Both the position numbers and the translations under genes were made by a program. Below the pieces are notes generated by a model. That model searched no databases. It was not told the origin of the DNA and saw only the letters and a program-made list of their open reading frames with translations. Shown one piece after another: positions 9,455 to 19,315 of a stretch of DNA of 64,000 bases (positions within the stretch are counted from its first letter, which is position 1; every line of letters starts with the position of its first letter). Location of the stretch: contig CAVYRF010000002.1 of NCBI GenBank assembly GCA_963770895.1, positions 5,312,001-5,376,000 on the forward strand. The letters run 5' to 3'. Source of the DNA: an uncultured Acidobacteriota bacterium (GTDB taxonomy: Bacteria > Acidobacteriota > Thermoanaerobaculia > Multivoradales > UBA5704).

Positions 9455-10834
9455 ATGGCGATCAGCATTTTCGACTTGTTCACGATTGGGATTGGGCCTT
9501 CCAGCTCGCACACGGTGGGACCGATGCGCGCGGCGCGGCGGTTTGCCGGGCGGCTGGAGCGCGACGGGGCGCTGGCGGCGGTGGCGCGGGTGCAGGTGGA
9601 GCTGTTCGGCTCGCTGGCGATGACCGGCAAGGGCCACGGCACCGACCGGGCGGTGCTGATGGGCCTGGAGGGGGAGGTGCCCGAAGAGGTCGATCCGGAG
9701 TGGATGCCGCGGCGGGTGGAGGAGATCCGCGCCAGCGGGCGGCTGCGCCTGCTGGGGGCGCATGAGATCGCCTTCGCGGAGAAGGCGGACCTGGTGTTCA
9801 ACCGCCGGCAGCTGCTGCCGCTGCACTCCAACGGCATGCGCTTCACCGCCTTCGACGCGGCCCAGGAGGTGCTGGCCGAGCGGATCTACTACTCGGTCGG
9901 CGGCGGCTTCGTGGTCAACGAAGAGACCGCGGGGCAGGACCGCCTGGTGGCCGACGAAACCCCGCTGCCGCTGCCGTTCAAGAGCGGCGCCGAGCTGCTG
10001 GCGGTGTGTCGCCGCGAGCGCAAGGCCATCTGGCAGGTGATGCTGGCCAACGAGGAGAGCTGGCGCGAGGAGCCGGAGGTGCGCGCCGGTCTGCTGCGCA
10101 TCTGGGAGGCCATGCAGCGCTGCGTCGAGCGCGGCTGCCGCCAGACCGGGGTACTGCCGGGCAGCCTGAAGGTGCCGCGCCGGGCGCCCAAGCTCTATGC
10201 GGAGCTGACGATGCGGCCCGAAGAGTCGCTGCGCGACCCGCTGAGCATCCTCGATTGGGTGAACCTGTACGCCCTGGCGGTCAACGAGGAAAACGCCGCC
10301 GGCGGCCGGGTGGTGACGGCGCCGACCAACGGCGCCGCCGGCATCGTGCCGGCCGTGCTCCACTACTATCGCCGGTTCGCGCCCGGCGGCGGCGACGAAG
10401 GCGTGGTGCGCTTCCTGCTGACCGCCGGCGCCATCGGCATCCTCTATAAGGAGAACGCCTCCATCTCCGGCGCCGAAGTCGGCTGCCAGGGCGAAGTGGG
10501 CGTCGCCTGCTCGATGGCGGCGGCCGGCCTGGTGGCGGCGATGGGCGGCACCGCGGCGCAGGTCGAAAATGCCGCGGAGATCGGCATGGAGCACAACCTG
10601 GGCCTGACCTGCGACCCGGTCGGCGGCCTGGTGCAGATCCCCTGCATCGAGCGCAACGCCATGGGCTCGGTCAAGGCCATCAACGCCGCCCGCATCGCCC
10701 TGCGCGGCGACGGCTCGCACAAGGTCTCGCTCGATCGCGTCATCAAGACCATGCGAGAAACCGGCGCCGACATGAAAACCAAATACAAGGAAACCTCCCG
10801 CGGCGGCCTGGCCATCAACGTCATCGAGTGCTGA
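9455..10834 (+). CDS. sdaA: L-serine ammonia-lyase (Fe-S dependent)
   Basis: [38 protein letters not shown]. Confidence 0.96.
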   Translation: MAISIFDLFTIGIGPSSSHTVGPMRAARRFAGRLERDGALAAVARVQVELFGSLAMTGKGHGTDRAVLMGLEGEVPEEVDPEWMPRRVEEIRASGRLRLLGAHEIAFAEKADLVFNRRQLLPLHSNGMRFTAFDAAQEVLAERIYYSVGGGFVVNEETAGQDRLVADETPLPLPFKSGAELLAVCRRERKAIWQVMLANEESWREEPEVRAGLLRIWEAMQRCVERGCRQTGVLPGSLKVPRRAPKLYAELTMRPEESLRDPLSILDWVNLYALAVNEENAAGGRVVTAPTNGAAGIVPAVLHYYRRFAPGGGDEGVVRFLLTAGAIGILYKENASISGAEVGCQGEVGVACSMAAAGLVAAMGGTAAQVENAAEIGMEHNLGLTCDPVGGLVQIPCIERNAMGSVKAINAARIALRGDGSHKVSLDRVIKTMRETGADMKTKYKETSRGGLAINVIEC

Positions 10835-10958
10835 GCGGCCCCCGCCGAGGCGGAGTCGCGCCGATCTGGGCCGCGCTGCGCGGATGGGGGAAGCAAATGG
10901 GGGCTACGGCTGGACCGGCTGCAGGCGCTGATATGCTCCGACCGGTCAGGAGGTCGCA

Positions 10959-12152
10959 ATGGAGCCCGTGATCCGAAGCCTCGTGCTCAAGAGGTTTCGC
11001 AGCGTACCGTCCGAAGCAGTCGACCTTGTGAACCCCACTTTCCTGGTGGGCCAGAACGGCTCGGGAAAGAGCAACTTCGTCGATGCCTTTGCCTTTTTGG
11101 CCGAGGCAATGGGCACTCCGCTGCAGGCAGTGTTCGATAATCGAGGTGGCATCTCGGCGGTGCGCAACCGGACGTCCGGCAGGGGCTATCCCCCCAACCT
11201 CGGCCTCGCAGTGCGATTCGGTGCGATCAACGGCGAGATCGCCAGCGGTAACTACGCCTTCGAGGTGCGGGCGTTGCCTAACTACGCCTTCGAGGTCGTG
11301 CGGGAGCAGTGCTCCATCTCTTTCAAATCTGGCCAAAGAAGCTGGTTCGACCGCAAGGGGATGGATTTCAAGTCGAATGTCCCCGGATTGGCCCCATCTC
11401 TCGATCCTGCATCGCTGGGTTTGCCGGTGGTCGGCGGTCACGCAAGCTTTGCGCCGATTCTGCGCACCCTGTCCGCGATGCGGGTCTATTCGATCGAGCC
11501 GGCACAGCTCAGGGAGATGCAGGAGGCCGATAGCGGCCTGGGCCTCAAGCCGGATGGCAGCAATGCAGCCAGTGTTCTGCAGGAGATCGCCCGCCGTGCC
11601 AACGGCGACATCGATCGTATCGGCGAGATCCTGGCCACGATCGTTCCCAATACGACGAACGTGGGAACCATCAAGCACGGCAAGAAGCTATCGCTGGAAT
11701 TCACCCAGGAGTGGGGACCGAACAAGCGCCTCAAATTCGAAGCGTTCAGCATGTCGGATGGGACGCTCCGTGCCCTCGGCCTGTTGACCGCCGTCTTCCA
11801 GAACCCGGTGCCGTCCTTGATGGTTATCGAGGAGCCGGAGGCGAGGATCCATCCGGGTGCGTTGGGGGCGGTGCTGGATGTCCTGCGCACTGCCAGCCAA
11901 AGGGTGCAGATCGTGGTGACGACGAACAGCCCGGAGGTCCTGGACGCGAAGTGGATCGGCGATTCAAATCTGCGGATCGTGACCTGGCAGGAGGGGGCGT
12001 CGCACGTTACGCGGCTTTCCGAGCCCTCTCGTCAGGCGCTGCTGCAGCACCTCATGGGTGCAGGAGAGCTCCTGCGCTCGAACGCGCTCACGGCGCCGCC
12101 CTTTTTTCACGGCACCATGGCCCAGGACGAGCTGTTTGAGGCGCTGTCTTGA
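10959..12152 (+). CDS. ABC-type ATPase (AAA_21-like), possibly inactivated
   Basis: GQNGSGKSN, MSDGT signature, IEEPE Walker B; the H-loop reads TTNSP instead of TTHSP. Confidence 0.85.
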   Translation: MEPVIRSLVLKRFRSVPSEAVDLVNPTFLVGQNGSGKSNFVDAFAFLAEAMGTPLQAVFDNRGGISAVRNRTSGRGYPPNLGLAVRFGAINGEIASGNYAFEVRALPNYAFEVVREQCSISFKSGQRSWFDRKGMDFKSNVPGLAPSLDPASLGLPVVGGHASFAPILRTLSAMRVYSIEPAQLREMQEADSGLGLKPDGSNAASVLQEIARRANGDIDRIGEILATIVPNTTNVGTIKHGKKLSLEFTQEWGPNKRLKFEAFSMSDGTLRALGLLTAVFQNPVPSLMVIEEPEARIHPGALGAVLDVLRTASQRVQIVVTTNSPEVLDAKWIGDSNLRIVTWQEGASHVTRLSEPSRQALLQHLMGAGELLRSNALTAPPFFHGTMAQDELFEALS

Positions 12153-12660
12153 GGGTGCAGCCCATCGTGGAGGGACACGGAGAAGTCGCTGCCGTTCCCG
12201 AATTGCTCCGCCGCCTGAGCCATGAGGCCGGCATTTTCGTCGAAGTCTGCCGCCCGATCCGACGGAAGCGATCAGAGCTGGTTGGCGAAACCTCGCTGCG
12301 CCGCTCGATTCGACTCGCCCTGCTGCAAGACTGCGACGCGATCCTGGTGATCTTCGACGGCGATGACGACTGCCCCAAGACCATCGGGCCGCAAGCTCAG
12401 GCGTGGGCACAAGCGGAAGCGCGCCAGGTCCCTTGCGCTGTCGTCATCGCTCATCGAGAGTACGAGGCGTGGTTTCTGGGGGCGCTCGAATCCCTCCGCG
12501 GCCTGCGCGGGGTCCGCTCCGATGCGGTGCCGCCGCCGCGGCCCACCGCCGCTGCCGATCCTTCCGCCGCCTGGTCAAGGCCTTTGGCTCGTTGCTGGAG
12601 GTGAGCGGGGCGGCCCTTCCGCCATGGCCACCCCCGTCATGGCAGAGCGATCGGGGCTAA
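12149..12660 (+). pseudogene. DUF4276 (TOPRIM-like) protein with an internal deletion and frameshift
   Basis: IVEGHGE, DGDDDCP and EYEAWFL in frame 12149; the C-terminal RCRSFRRLVKA is in another frame ending at 12660; junction near 12529-12540. Confidence 0.75.
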
Positions 12661-12679
12661 GGGGCAGTGCCTGGCGGGA

Positions 12680-13615
12680 TCAGGTGGCGACATCGCCGGC
12701 GGCGGTGGCGCGGGTGCCGAGCTTGTTGAAGCCCAGGCGGGTGAAGAGGGCGGTGGCGGCGGCTTCGTCGGCGCCGCGGTAGGTCAGGCGGGCCAGGTCG
12801 GTGCGGACGGGGGCGTCGGTGGCCAAGGTGGCCAGGGTGCGCGACAGGAAGGCGGTGGCGCGGGCGTCGCGGAGCTTGCCGTAGAGGGATTTGGCGCCGC
12901 GCAGGCGGCTTTGGGGGAGCTCTTCGAGGCGGCGGTAGAGGTCGTCCAGGGTGCCGAAGGCGGCGAGCAGCTCGGCGGCGGTCTTGCGGCCGATGCCGGC
13001 GACGCCGGGGATGTTGTCGACGGGATCGCCGGCCAGGGCCAGCAGGTCGACGATCTGGTCGGGGCGGACGCCGAAGGTGGCGGCGACCTCGGCCGGGCCG
13101 TAGCGCTGCTGTTTGGCGAAGTCGTAGAGGGTGACGCCGGCGGCGACCAGCTGGGCCAGGTCCTTGTCGCCCGAGACCACGACCGCCTGGTGGCCGGCGG
13201 CCGTCGCCTGGCGGCAGAGGGTGGCGATCAGGTCGTCGGCTTCGTAGCGGTCGTCGATAAAGGTGGCGGCGCCCAGGGCCGCAGCGGCGCGGCGGCAGTC
13301 GTCGAGCTGCGCCACCAGCTCGGGCGGTGGCGCGTCGCGATGGGCCTTGTAGGCGGGGTAGAGCTGGTTGCGGTAGAAGCTGCCGTTCAAGTCGCGGTCG
13401 AACGCCACGCCCAGGTGCGTCGGACGCTCGTCGGCGATCAGCTTGAGCAGGAACGACGCGAACCCGTACACCGCCCCCGCCCGCGCGCCGTCCGGGCTCT
13501 TGATCGACGAGGGAATCGAAAAGTGAGCGCGGAAGACGTAGGGGCTGGCGTCGACGAGGTACACGGTGGCGATGCCGGCCGCGCCATCCGGGCTGGCGCC
13601 GGTGGAGGTCGGCAT
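12680..13615 (-). CDS. 5'-3' exonuclease / flap endonuclease (Xni/ExoIX-like)
   Basis: LVDAS.YVFRA, YPAYKAHR, YEADDLIATL, SGDKDL, GDPVDNIPGVAGIG (H3TH). Confidence 0.92.
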   Translation of the reverse strand: MPTSTGASPDGAAGIATVYLVDASPYVFRAHFSIPSSIKSPDGARAGAVYGFASFLLKLIADERPTHLGVAFDRDLNGSFYRNQLYPAYKAHRDAPPPELVAQLDDCRRAAAALGAATFIDDRYEADDLIATLCRQATAAGHQAVVVSGDKDLAQLVAAGVTLYDFAKQQRYGPAEVAATFGVRPDQIVDLLALAGDPVDNIPGVAGIGRKTAAELLAAFGTLDDLYRRLEELPQSRLRGAKSLYGKLRDARATAFLSRTLATLATDAPVRTDLARLTYRGADEAAATALFTRLGFNKLGTRATAAGDVAT

Positions 13616-13647
13616 GGGCGGCGGGGGGGCGGGGCGGTCCGTCGCGG

Positions 13648-14469
13648 TCAGTCCAGGAAGAGATCGGGGATCAGCGGCTGGCCCGGCTTGATGGCGTAGC
13701 GGTCGAAGTCGGTCGTGCCGGCTTCGCGCAGCACCTCTTCGTCGAGCAGGAAGCGGCCGGTGGCGGCGCGGCTGTCGCGGGTGAGCATGGCGTGGGCGGC
13801 GTCGGCCATGATCTCGGGTTTGCGGCAGTTGTCGGGCGGCACCATGTCGCCGAGCGCGCCCAGGGCGGCGGTGAGGATGACGGTGCGCGGCCACAGGGCG
13901 TTGACGGCGACCCCCTGCTCGCGCAGCTCCTCGGCCAGGCCCAGGACCGTCAGGCTCATGCCGTACTTGGACATGGTGTAGGCCAGGTGCGCCGCGAACC
14001 ACCTGGGGTTCAGATTGAGCGGCGGCGCCACGGTGAGGATGTGGGGATTGGCGGCCTTCAGCAGGTAGGGGACCGCCGCCTGCGAGCAGGCGAAGGTGGC
14101 GCGCCCGTTGACCCCCCACATGAGGTCGAAGCGCTTCATCGGCGTCGCCATGGTGGGGGTCAGGCCGATCGCGCTGGCGTTGTTGACCAGGATGTCGATG
14201 CCGCCGAAGCGGTCCGCCGCCTGCGCCATCGCCGCGGCGATCCCCGCGTCGTCGCGCACGTCCAGCACCACCGGCAGCGCCTTGCCGCCCGCCGCCTCCA
14301 TCTCGGCGGCGGCGCTGAACACGGTGCCGGGCAGCTTCGGATGCGGCTCCGCCGTCTTGGCCGCGATGACGACGTTGGCGCCGTCGGCCGCCGCGCGCAG
14401 GGCGATCGCCTTGCCGATGCCGCGGCTGGCGCCGGTGACAAACAGGGTCTTGCCGTGTAGGGATGCCAT
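13648..14469 (-). CDS. SDR oxidoreductase (HSDL2-like)
   Basis: TGASRGIG, NNAS, YTMSK. Confidence 0.92.
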   Translation of the reverse strand: MASLHGKTLFVTGASRGIGKAIALRAAADGANVVIAAKTAEPHPKLPGTVFSAAAEMEAAGGKALPVVLDVRDDAGIAAAMAQAADRFGGIDILVNNASAIGLTPTMATPMKRFDLMWGVNGRATFACSQAAVPYLLKAANPHILTVAPPLNLNPRWFAAHLAYTMSKYGMSLTVLGLAEELREQGVAVNALWPRTVILTAALGALGDMVPPDNCRKPEIMADAAHAMLTRDSRAATGRFLLDEEVLREAGTTDFDRYAIKPGQPLIPDLFLD

Positions 14470-14658
14470 GGCCGGGGATCTTAGCAGGTCGCCCCACCCC
14501 GACCGCCGCATCCTGAGCCCGGTCCCCGCGTGAGATCTGCCGGGTTCGCCAGGGTCGGGAGCGCCATACTGGAAAGTTGCATATGCCAATGTCTCTGTTG
14601 CGCAAGCGCTACATTGATAGTACGGTGATCGGCTGGACAAAAAGGCGCTCCGCCCATC

Positions 14659-15750
14659 ATGGCTCTACTTCGCTTCTCGGCTCGGCCGGCAGGGTCTGCC
14701 GGTATCGTTTTGGCCGCGGCCCTGGCGCTGACCTTGCCAGGTGGTGCGGCGGCGTCCGCTGCCGACACTTTCGCCAGCGGCTTCTGCCAGGGGGCCCCTA
14801 CCAAGCTCTTTACCGTGCCGCCCTGCCGGGTCTACGACAGCCGGACAGGCGATCCTCTCGCTGCCGGCGTCAACCTGCTGCAGGTGGCTGGCCGATGCGG
14901 GATTCCTACCGATGCCACCGCGGTGTCGGCAAACCTCACCGTCGTCGGGCCGCGGGCCGCGGGCTCCCTGACGGTCTATGCCGGTGACGCCGTCCAGCCG
15001 CCGACCGCCACGATCGATTTCAACCCCGGCCAGATTCGCGCCAACAATGCCGTGGTGCAGTTGGCCGGCGACGGCTCGGGCACCGTCGCGGTCTATTTTG
15101 CCGCCGACGGTCCAGGCACCGCCGCCGTCGACCTGGTCGTGGACGTGAATGGCTACTTCGCGCGCGGCCCGGTCGTGGTCAGCATGGCGCCGCCGGCCGG
15201 TGGCCAGTCCGGCGGCACCCTGGTGACGGCCAGCGGCACCTTTCGCGATCCCTTCAGCACCCAGGTTCAATTCAACCACCAGGCACCGGTGCAGCCAACA
15301 GGTTGGACCGCCAGCATGCTGTGGGTGACCACGCCGCCTTACAGCGGCATCTTCCCGACCGGGCCCTGTGGCGCGGCCGGCTTCGTCGGCACCATCAACC
15401 TGCCGGTCAGCGTCGACGTCACGGTGACCGATACGATCACCGGGTGCTCCTCCACCTTGACCGGCGGCTTCTCCTACCTGCCGACGGACGCCAGCTGCCA
15501 CCTGCCGCCGCCGCCCGTGGCGGGATTTACCGTGCTCACGTCCAGCGCCAATGACGTCGCCAGCTTCGCCGACACGTCGACGGGCACGCCGACCAGCTGG
15601 TTGTGGGACTTCGGCGACGCCCGCACGAGCAACCTGCAGAACCCGATCCACGACTACATAGTGCCCGGCAGTTTCATGGCGACGCTGACCGCCTGCAACC
15701 CGGCCGGTTGCTCCATGACCGGCCAGTTGGTGGTCGTTCCGGGCTCGTAG
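14659..15750 (+). CDS. Secreted protein with IPT/TIG-like and PKD domains
   Basis: Signal peptide; PCRVYDSR...DVNGYF N-terminal module; WLWDFGD...NPIHDY PKD. Confidence 0.8.
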   Translation: MALLRFSARPAGSAGIVLAAALALTLPGGAAASAADTFASGFCQGAPTKLFTVPPCRVYDSRTGDPLAAGVNLLQVAGRCGIPTDATAVSANLTVVGPRAAGSLTVYAGDAVQPPTATIDFNPGQIRANNAVVQLAGDGSGTVAVYFAADGPGTAAVDLVVDVNGYFARGPVVVSMAPPAGGQSGGTLVTASGTFRDPFSTQVQFNHQAPVQPTGWTASMLWVTTPPYSGIFPTGPCGAAGFVGTINLPVSVDVTVTDTITGCSSTLTGGFSYLPTDASCHLPPPPVAGFTVLTSSANDVASFADTSTGTPTSWLWDFGDARTSNLQNPIHDYIVPGSFMATLTACNPAGCSMTGQLVVVPGS

Positions 15751-16802
15751 CCAGCAACGCGGGTCAGCGGCGGGGTTTCCGCTTCCGCATCGTCCTGGGC
15801 GCCGGCATCGTCGGTCGGGGCCGCCGCGGTCGAGGCGTCGTCGTTTGCTGCATCGTCCGCACTGTCCGTGCATCCGGCGCCGTCGTTGGCGGCTGCGGCC
15901 TCCGGCTGGTCTTCGTTCTGCGGCGCATTGACCGTCACTTCCAGCGTGGCGCAGAAGTTGACGGGCGTGCCGTCGCGCAATACCGGCTCAAAGGTGAGGC
16001 CGGTCAGGACGGCGTTGACGAATTCTGGCGAACCCTGCTGGCGGGTCACCATCGTCTGGGTCACCTCTCCGGAGGAGTCGAGCACGACCTTGGCTTCGAC
16101 CACTCCCGGCCCGGACGGCAGCTCGGATCGCGCCATGGTGAACTGACTTGGGGCTTGCGAATCGCTGATGTAGGGGGCGTCAGGTGCGAAGGCGTGGATC
16201 AGGTCGTTGACCCTGTCGTTCGAATCGTTGCGGGAGGCCACGTCGTCGGGGGTGTCGCCATCCTTGGTCCCTGACAGGTACCACATCGCCAGGCACAGGC
16301 TCAGGCCGCCGTGGTCCCGCGAGCCGAGACTCTGCATCTCCTGCGCGGCATCGCCGTCACGATAGGGGCTCTGGGCCAGGAGGGTCGCGATCAGCCCGGC
16401 CTCGGCTTGCTCCGCCGCGCTGCCGGTGTCGCCCGCCGTATCGCGGAAGACCTGCTCGGCGTCGCGCAGATCGGCGGCCGCGGCTGCGGCGCCGCCGCCG
16501 GCACCCTGTGTGGCGCGGCGGAGCAGGGCAAAGCCAAGGTCCACCGCGGCGTCAGCCTGTGCCGCCGAGCCCGGCGTCGCTTCGGCATAGGCCAGCCGCG
16601 CCGCGGCCGCGTCGTCGAGATCCTGGCCGCCGGCGGCAGCGGCAGCCAGCAGGGCCAGGCTAAAGACGGCGGCTGCGACGGTGGGGGCTGAAGCAGCGTG
16701 GTGACGCGGTGGGCGGCGAGCATCTGGCTTCCTTCCTGGCCGCGTCGTTGCAGCTCTGGCGTGGCCGGAGACCAAGAATTGCTTCTTTTGCGACTCTATC
16801 AC
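15654..16802 (-). CDS. Secreted protein with a TonB C-terminal-like domain (start uncertain)
   Basis: Signal-like stretch, helical N-part, GVVEAKVVLDSSGEV...FEPVLRDGTPV, acidic tail; overlaps the convergent gene by 97 bp. Confidence 0.6.
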   Translation of the reverse strand: MIESQKKQFLVSGHARAATTRPGRKPDARRPPRHHAASAPTVAAAVFSLALLAAAAAGGQDLDDAAAARLAYAEATPGSAAQADAAVDLGFALLRRATQGAGGGAAAAAADLRDAEQVFRDTAGDTGSAAEQAEAGLIATLLAQSPYRDGDAAQEMQSLGSRDHGGLSLCLAMWYLSGTKDGDTPDDVASRNDSNDRVNDLIHAFAPDAPYISDSQAPSQFTMARSELPSGPGVVEAKVVLDSSGEVTQTMVTRQQGSPEFVNAVLTGLTFEPVLRDGTPVNFCATLEVTVNAPQNEDQPEAAAANDGAGCTDSADDAANDDASTAAAPTDDAGAQDDAEAETPPLTRVAGYEPGTTTNWPVMEQPAGLQAVSVAMKLPGTM

Positions 16803-16956
16803 GTCAATCTACCGATTCTGCAATCACGATGTTATCCAGGGTTGTTTCTGCGACCCCGTAGCCGGATCAAAGTGGAGGGCTGTAAGGACTGCCGGCGCCC
16901 CCAGGGCGAGTCGCCATGGCAGCGCCGGCTTTGGGACGTGTGATCCGCGGCTTGTC

Positions 16957-17121
16957 TTACCAGGGGTTCGGCTCTGGCTCTTTCTTCGCCCAGGGGTTCG
17001 GCTCGGGCTCGAAAAAGATCGGCAGGGACGTGAGCCGTGCCGGGCGCACCCCACCGTGGGCGCCGGTCAGCTGGCGGCCGGCGATCTCGGCCAGTTGCCG
17101 TGAAGCGGTGATCTTCTTCAT
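16957..17121 (-). CDS. 54-aa peptide with a double-glycine-type leader and tandem EPEPNPW cores
   Basis: MKKITASRQLAEIAGRQLTGAHGGVRPARLTSLPIFFEPEPNPWAKKEPEPNPW*; RBS AAAGGAG; 21-bp direct repeat with 30-bp period at 16960-17010. Confidence 0.72.
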   Translation of the reverse strand: MKKITASRQLAEIAGRQLTGAHGGVRPARLTSLPIFFEPEPNPWAKKEPEPNPW

Positions 17122-17164
17122 CTCAATCTCCTTTCGATCCTGCGTCGTTCAACCTTCGAGATAA

Positions 17165-17193
17165 GATGCGTGATCCCGTGACGAACGGTGACA
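17165..17193 (-). promoter_or_regulatory. Possible ECF-sigma promoter for the peptide gene
   Basis: Minus strand TGTCAC-N17-CGCATC, about 45 nt upstream of ATG 17121. Confidence 0.35.
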
Positions 17194-17320
17194 CATCGGG
17201 CGCTATCGCTTCCTCGGATGCAGGCCATCAGTTGCTGCTGTCAGGGCCGATCGGCGGCCGAGGGCTCGCCTGAGGACCTTTCCGGCGCGGGACGGCGGCG
17301 AGTTGGCCAGGGGGACGACG

Positions 17321-19012
17321 ATGCTGATTCGGAGGGCTGTTTTGCTGCTCGGCCTGGGGTCCGTCTGCTTTGCTCACGCGGCGCTGCCGGCTGGGATGGC
17401 GGCTGCTCAGGATGGGGCTGCCGCGGCGGCGCGGGCGGCGCGGGTGTGGCGACAGGAGCATGAGCGGGAGGTGCTGCGGGAGTTCGTGGACCTGCTGGCG
17501 ATTCCCAACCTGGCCAGCGATACGGCGAACATCGGCCGCAACGCGGCGGCGATCCGGACGCTGATGGAGCGGCGCGGGCTGGTGGTGCGGGTGCTGACGC
17601 TGCCGGGGGAGCCGGGTGTGCCGCCGCTCCTGGTGGGTGACCTGGGGCCTGGGGCAACGGTCGGGCCGGCGGAGTCGGCTGGGTCGCCGGGACCTGCGGG
17701 GGTGCCGGGCGCGGCGGGCGGCGGCCCGGCGACCGCGGCGCCGGCGACAGCGACGGCTGGCGGCGGGGTGGGACGGCGGCTACGGACGGTGGCGTTTTAC
17801 GCCCACTACGACGGCCAGCCGGTGGACGCGGCGCAGTGGCGCAGTCCGCCGTGGACGCCGGTGATGCGGGATGCGCACGGCGGAGCGGTGGATTGGCAGG
17901 CGGCGCCGGCGATCGATCCCGAATGGCGGCTGTACGCGCGCTCGGCGGGCGACGACAAGGCGCCGGTGGTGGCGATGCTCGGGGCGCTCGATGCGCTGCG
18001 GGCCGGCGGGCGCGCGCCGGGGTTCCACCTGCGGCTGGTGTTCGAGGGCGAAGAGGAGGCGGGGTCGCCGCACCTGGCGGCCTACCTGGCGAAGTATCCC
18101 GAGGTGCTGCGGCCGGACGCGTGGGTGCTGTGCGACGGGCCGGTGCACCAGAGCCGGCGGGCGGAGCTGTTCTTCGGCGCCCGCGGCACGACGTCGGTCG
18201 ACCTGACGGTCTACGGGCCGATCAAGGGGCTGCACGACGGCCACTACGGCAATTGGGTGCCGAACCCGGCGGCGCGCCTGGCGCGGCTGCTGGCGGCGAT
18301 GCGCGACGACGACGGGCGCATCCTGATTCCGGGCTTCTACGACGACGTCAAGCCGGCCACGGCCGCCGAGGTGGCGGCGGCGGATGCGGTGCCGGCGGTC
18401 GAAGCCGACCTGCGGCGCGAGTTCGAGATCGCCAGCGGCGAGGGCGGCGGCAAGCCGCTCAACGAGCTGTTGATGCTGCCGGCGCTCAACATCCGCGGGC
18501 TGCTGGCGGGGCACGTGGGCGAGATGGCGTCGAACACCATCGAGACCGAGGCGCGGGCGTCGATCGACTTCCGCCTGGTGCCGGCGGAGACGCCCGATTC
18601 GGTGCGCCAGCGGTTCGAGCGCTTTGTGGCGGCGCAAGGATGGACGGTGGTGCGCGACACACCCGACGCCGCGGCGCGCGCCGCCCATGCCAAGCTGATC
18701 AAGCTGCAGTGGGGATCCGGTTATCCGCCGGCGCGCACGCCGCTCAGCCTGCCGCTGTCGCGCGACATCGCCGCGGCGATGACCGCCGCCGGCCACGACC
18801 CGGTGCGCCTGCCGACCGTCGGCGGCAGCATCCCGATGTATCTGTTCCAGGAGCCCGACGACACGCCGGTGATCGGCCTGCCGATCGCCAACCACGACGA
18901 CAATCAGCACGCCGCCGACGAGAACCTGCGCCTGCAGAATCTGTGGGACGGCATCGAGATCTACGCCGCGATCTTCGCCTCGCTGGACCGCGGTAGTGTC
19001 CCGCCCGGTTAA
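17321..19012 (+). CDS. M20/M25/M40 family metallopeptidase, secreted
   Basis: YAHYDGQP, ARSAGDDK, EGEEEAGS, NQHAADEN; Ala/Gly/Pro-rich insert. Confidence 0.92.
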   Translation: MLIRRAVLLLGLGSVCFAHAALPAGMAAAQDGAAAAARAARVWRQEHEREVLREFVDLLAIPNLASDTANIGRNAAAIRTLMERRGLVVRVLTLPGEPGVPPLLVGDLGPGATVGPAESAGSPGPAGVPGAAGGGPATAAPATATAGGGVGRRLRTVAFYAHYDGQPVDAAQWRSPPWTPVMRDAHGGAVDWQAAPAIDPEWRLYARSAGDDKAPVVAMLGALDALRAGGRAPGFHLRLVFEGEEEAGSPHLAAYLAKYPEVLRPDAWVLCDGPVHQSRRAELFFGARGTTSVDLTVYGPIKGLHDGHYGNWVPNPAARLARLLAAMRDDDGRILIPGFYDDVKPATAAEVAAADAVPAVEADLRREFEIASGEGGGKPLNELLMLPALNIRGLLAGHVGEMASNTIETEARASIDFRLVPAETPDSVRQRFERFVAAQGWTVVRDTPDAAARAAHAKLIKLQWGSGYPPARTPLSLPLSRDIAAAMTAAGHDPVRLPTVGGSIPMYLFQEPDDTPVIGLPIANHDDNQHAADENLRLQNLWDGIEIYAAIFASLDRGSVPPG

Positions 19013-19260
19013 TTCGCATGGTAGTCGCGCCGCAATCCGGTCCTCTGGCAAGGCGCGCCGACGCAGGCATAGTCGAACCTATGTCGAGGAGGCGCAACGC
19101 CGCCAGGGGGCCGGAGGGCAAGCGAATACTATGCGAGTTAACCGGGCGGGACACTAGCCCTGAGCCGGGGCGCGGTTGCGCTCCGGCGCGCCGGCATGGG
19201 CGCCGGGCGCCTTCCATACCCGCTTGGATGGCGTCGTGCTTGTGGTGCGGGGGGGTGGGC

Positions 19261-19300
19261 TTGACGGCGGCCTGCCGGATGCTTACTATACGGCGTATAG
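19261..19300 (+). promoter_or_regulatory. Sigma70 promoter with an overlapping palindromic TetR operator
   Basis: TTGACG (19261-66), 17 nt, TACTAT (19284-89); palindrome CTATAC-GGC-GTATAG at 19286-19300. Confidence 0.8.
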
Positions 19301-19315
19301 CAGGTGCCGCCGCCC

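Noticed and set aside
11249-11296. 18-bp direct repeat TAACTACGCCTTCGAGGT
   Set aside because: In frame within the ATPase (NYAFEV twice); no sign of a target-site duplication or regulatory role.
15654-15750. 97-bp overlap of convergent genes
   Set aside because: Most simply a low-complexity tail reading on to a late stop; no evidence of function.
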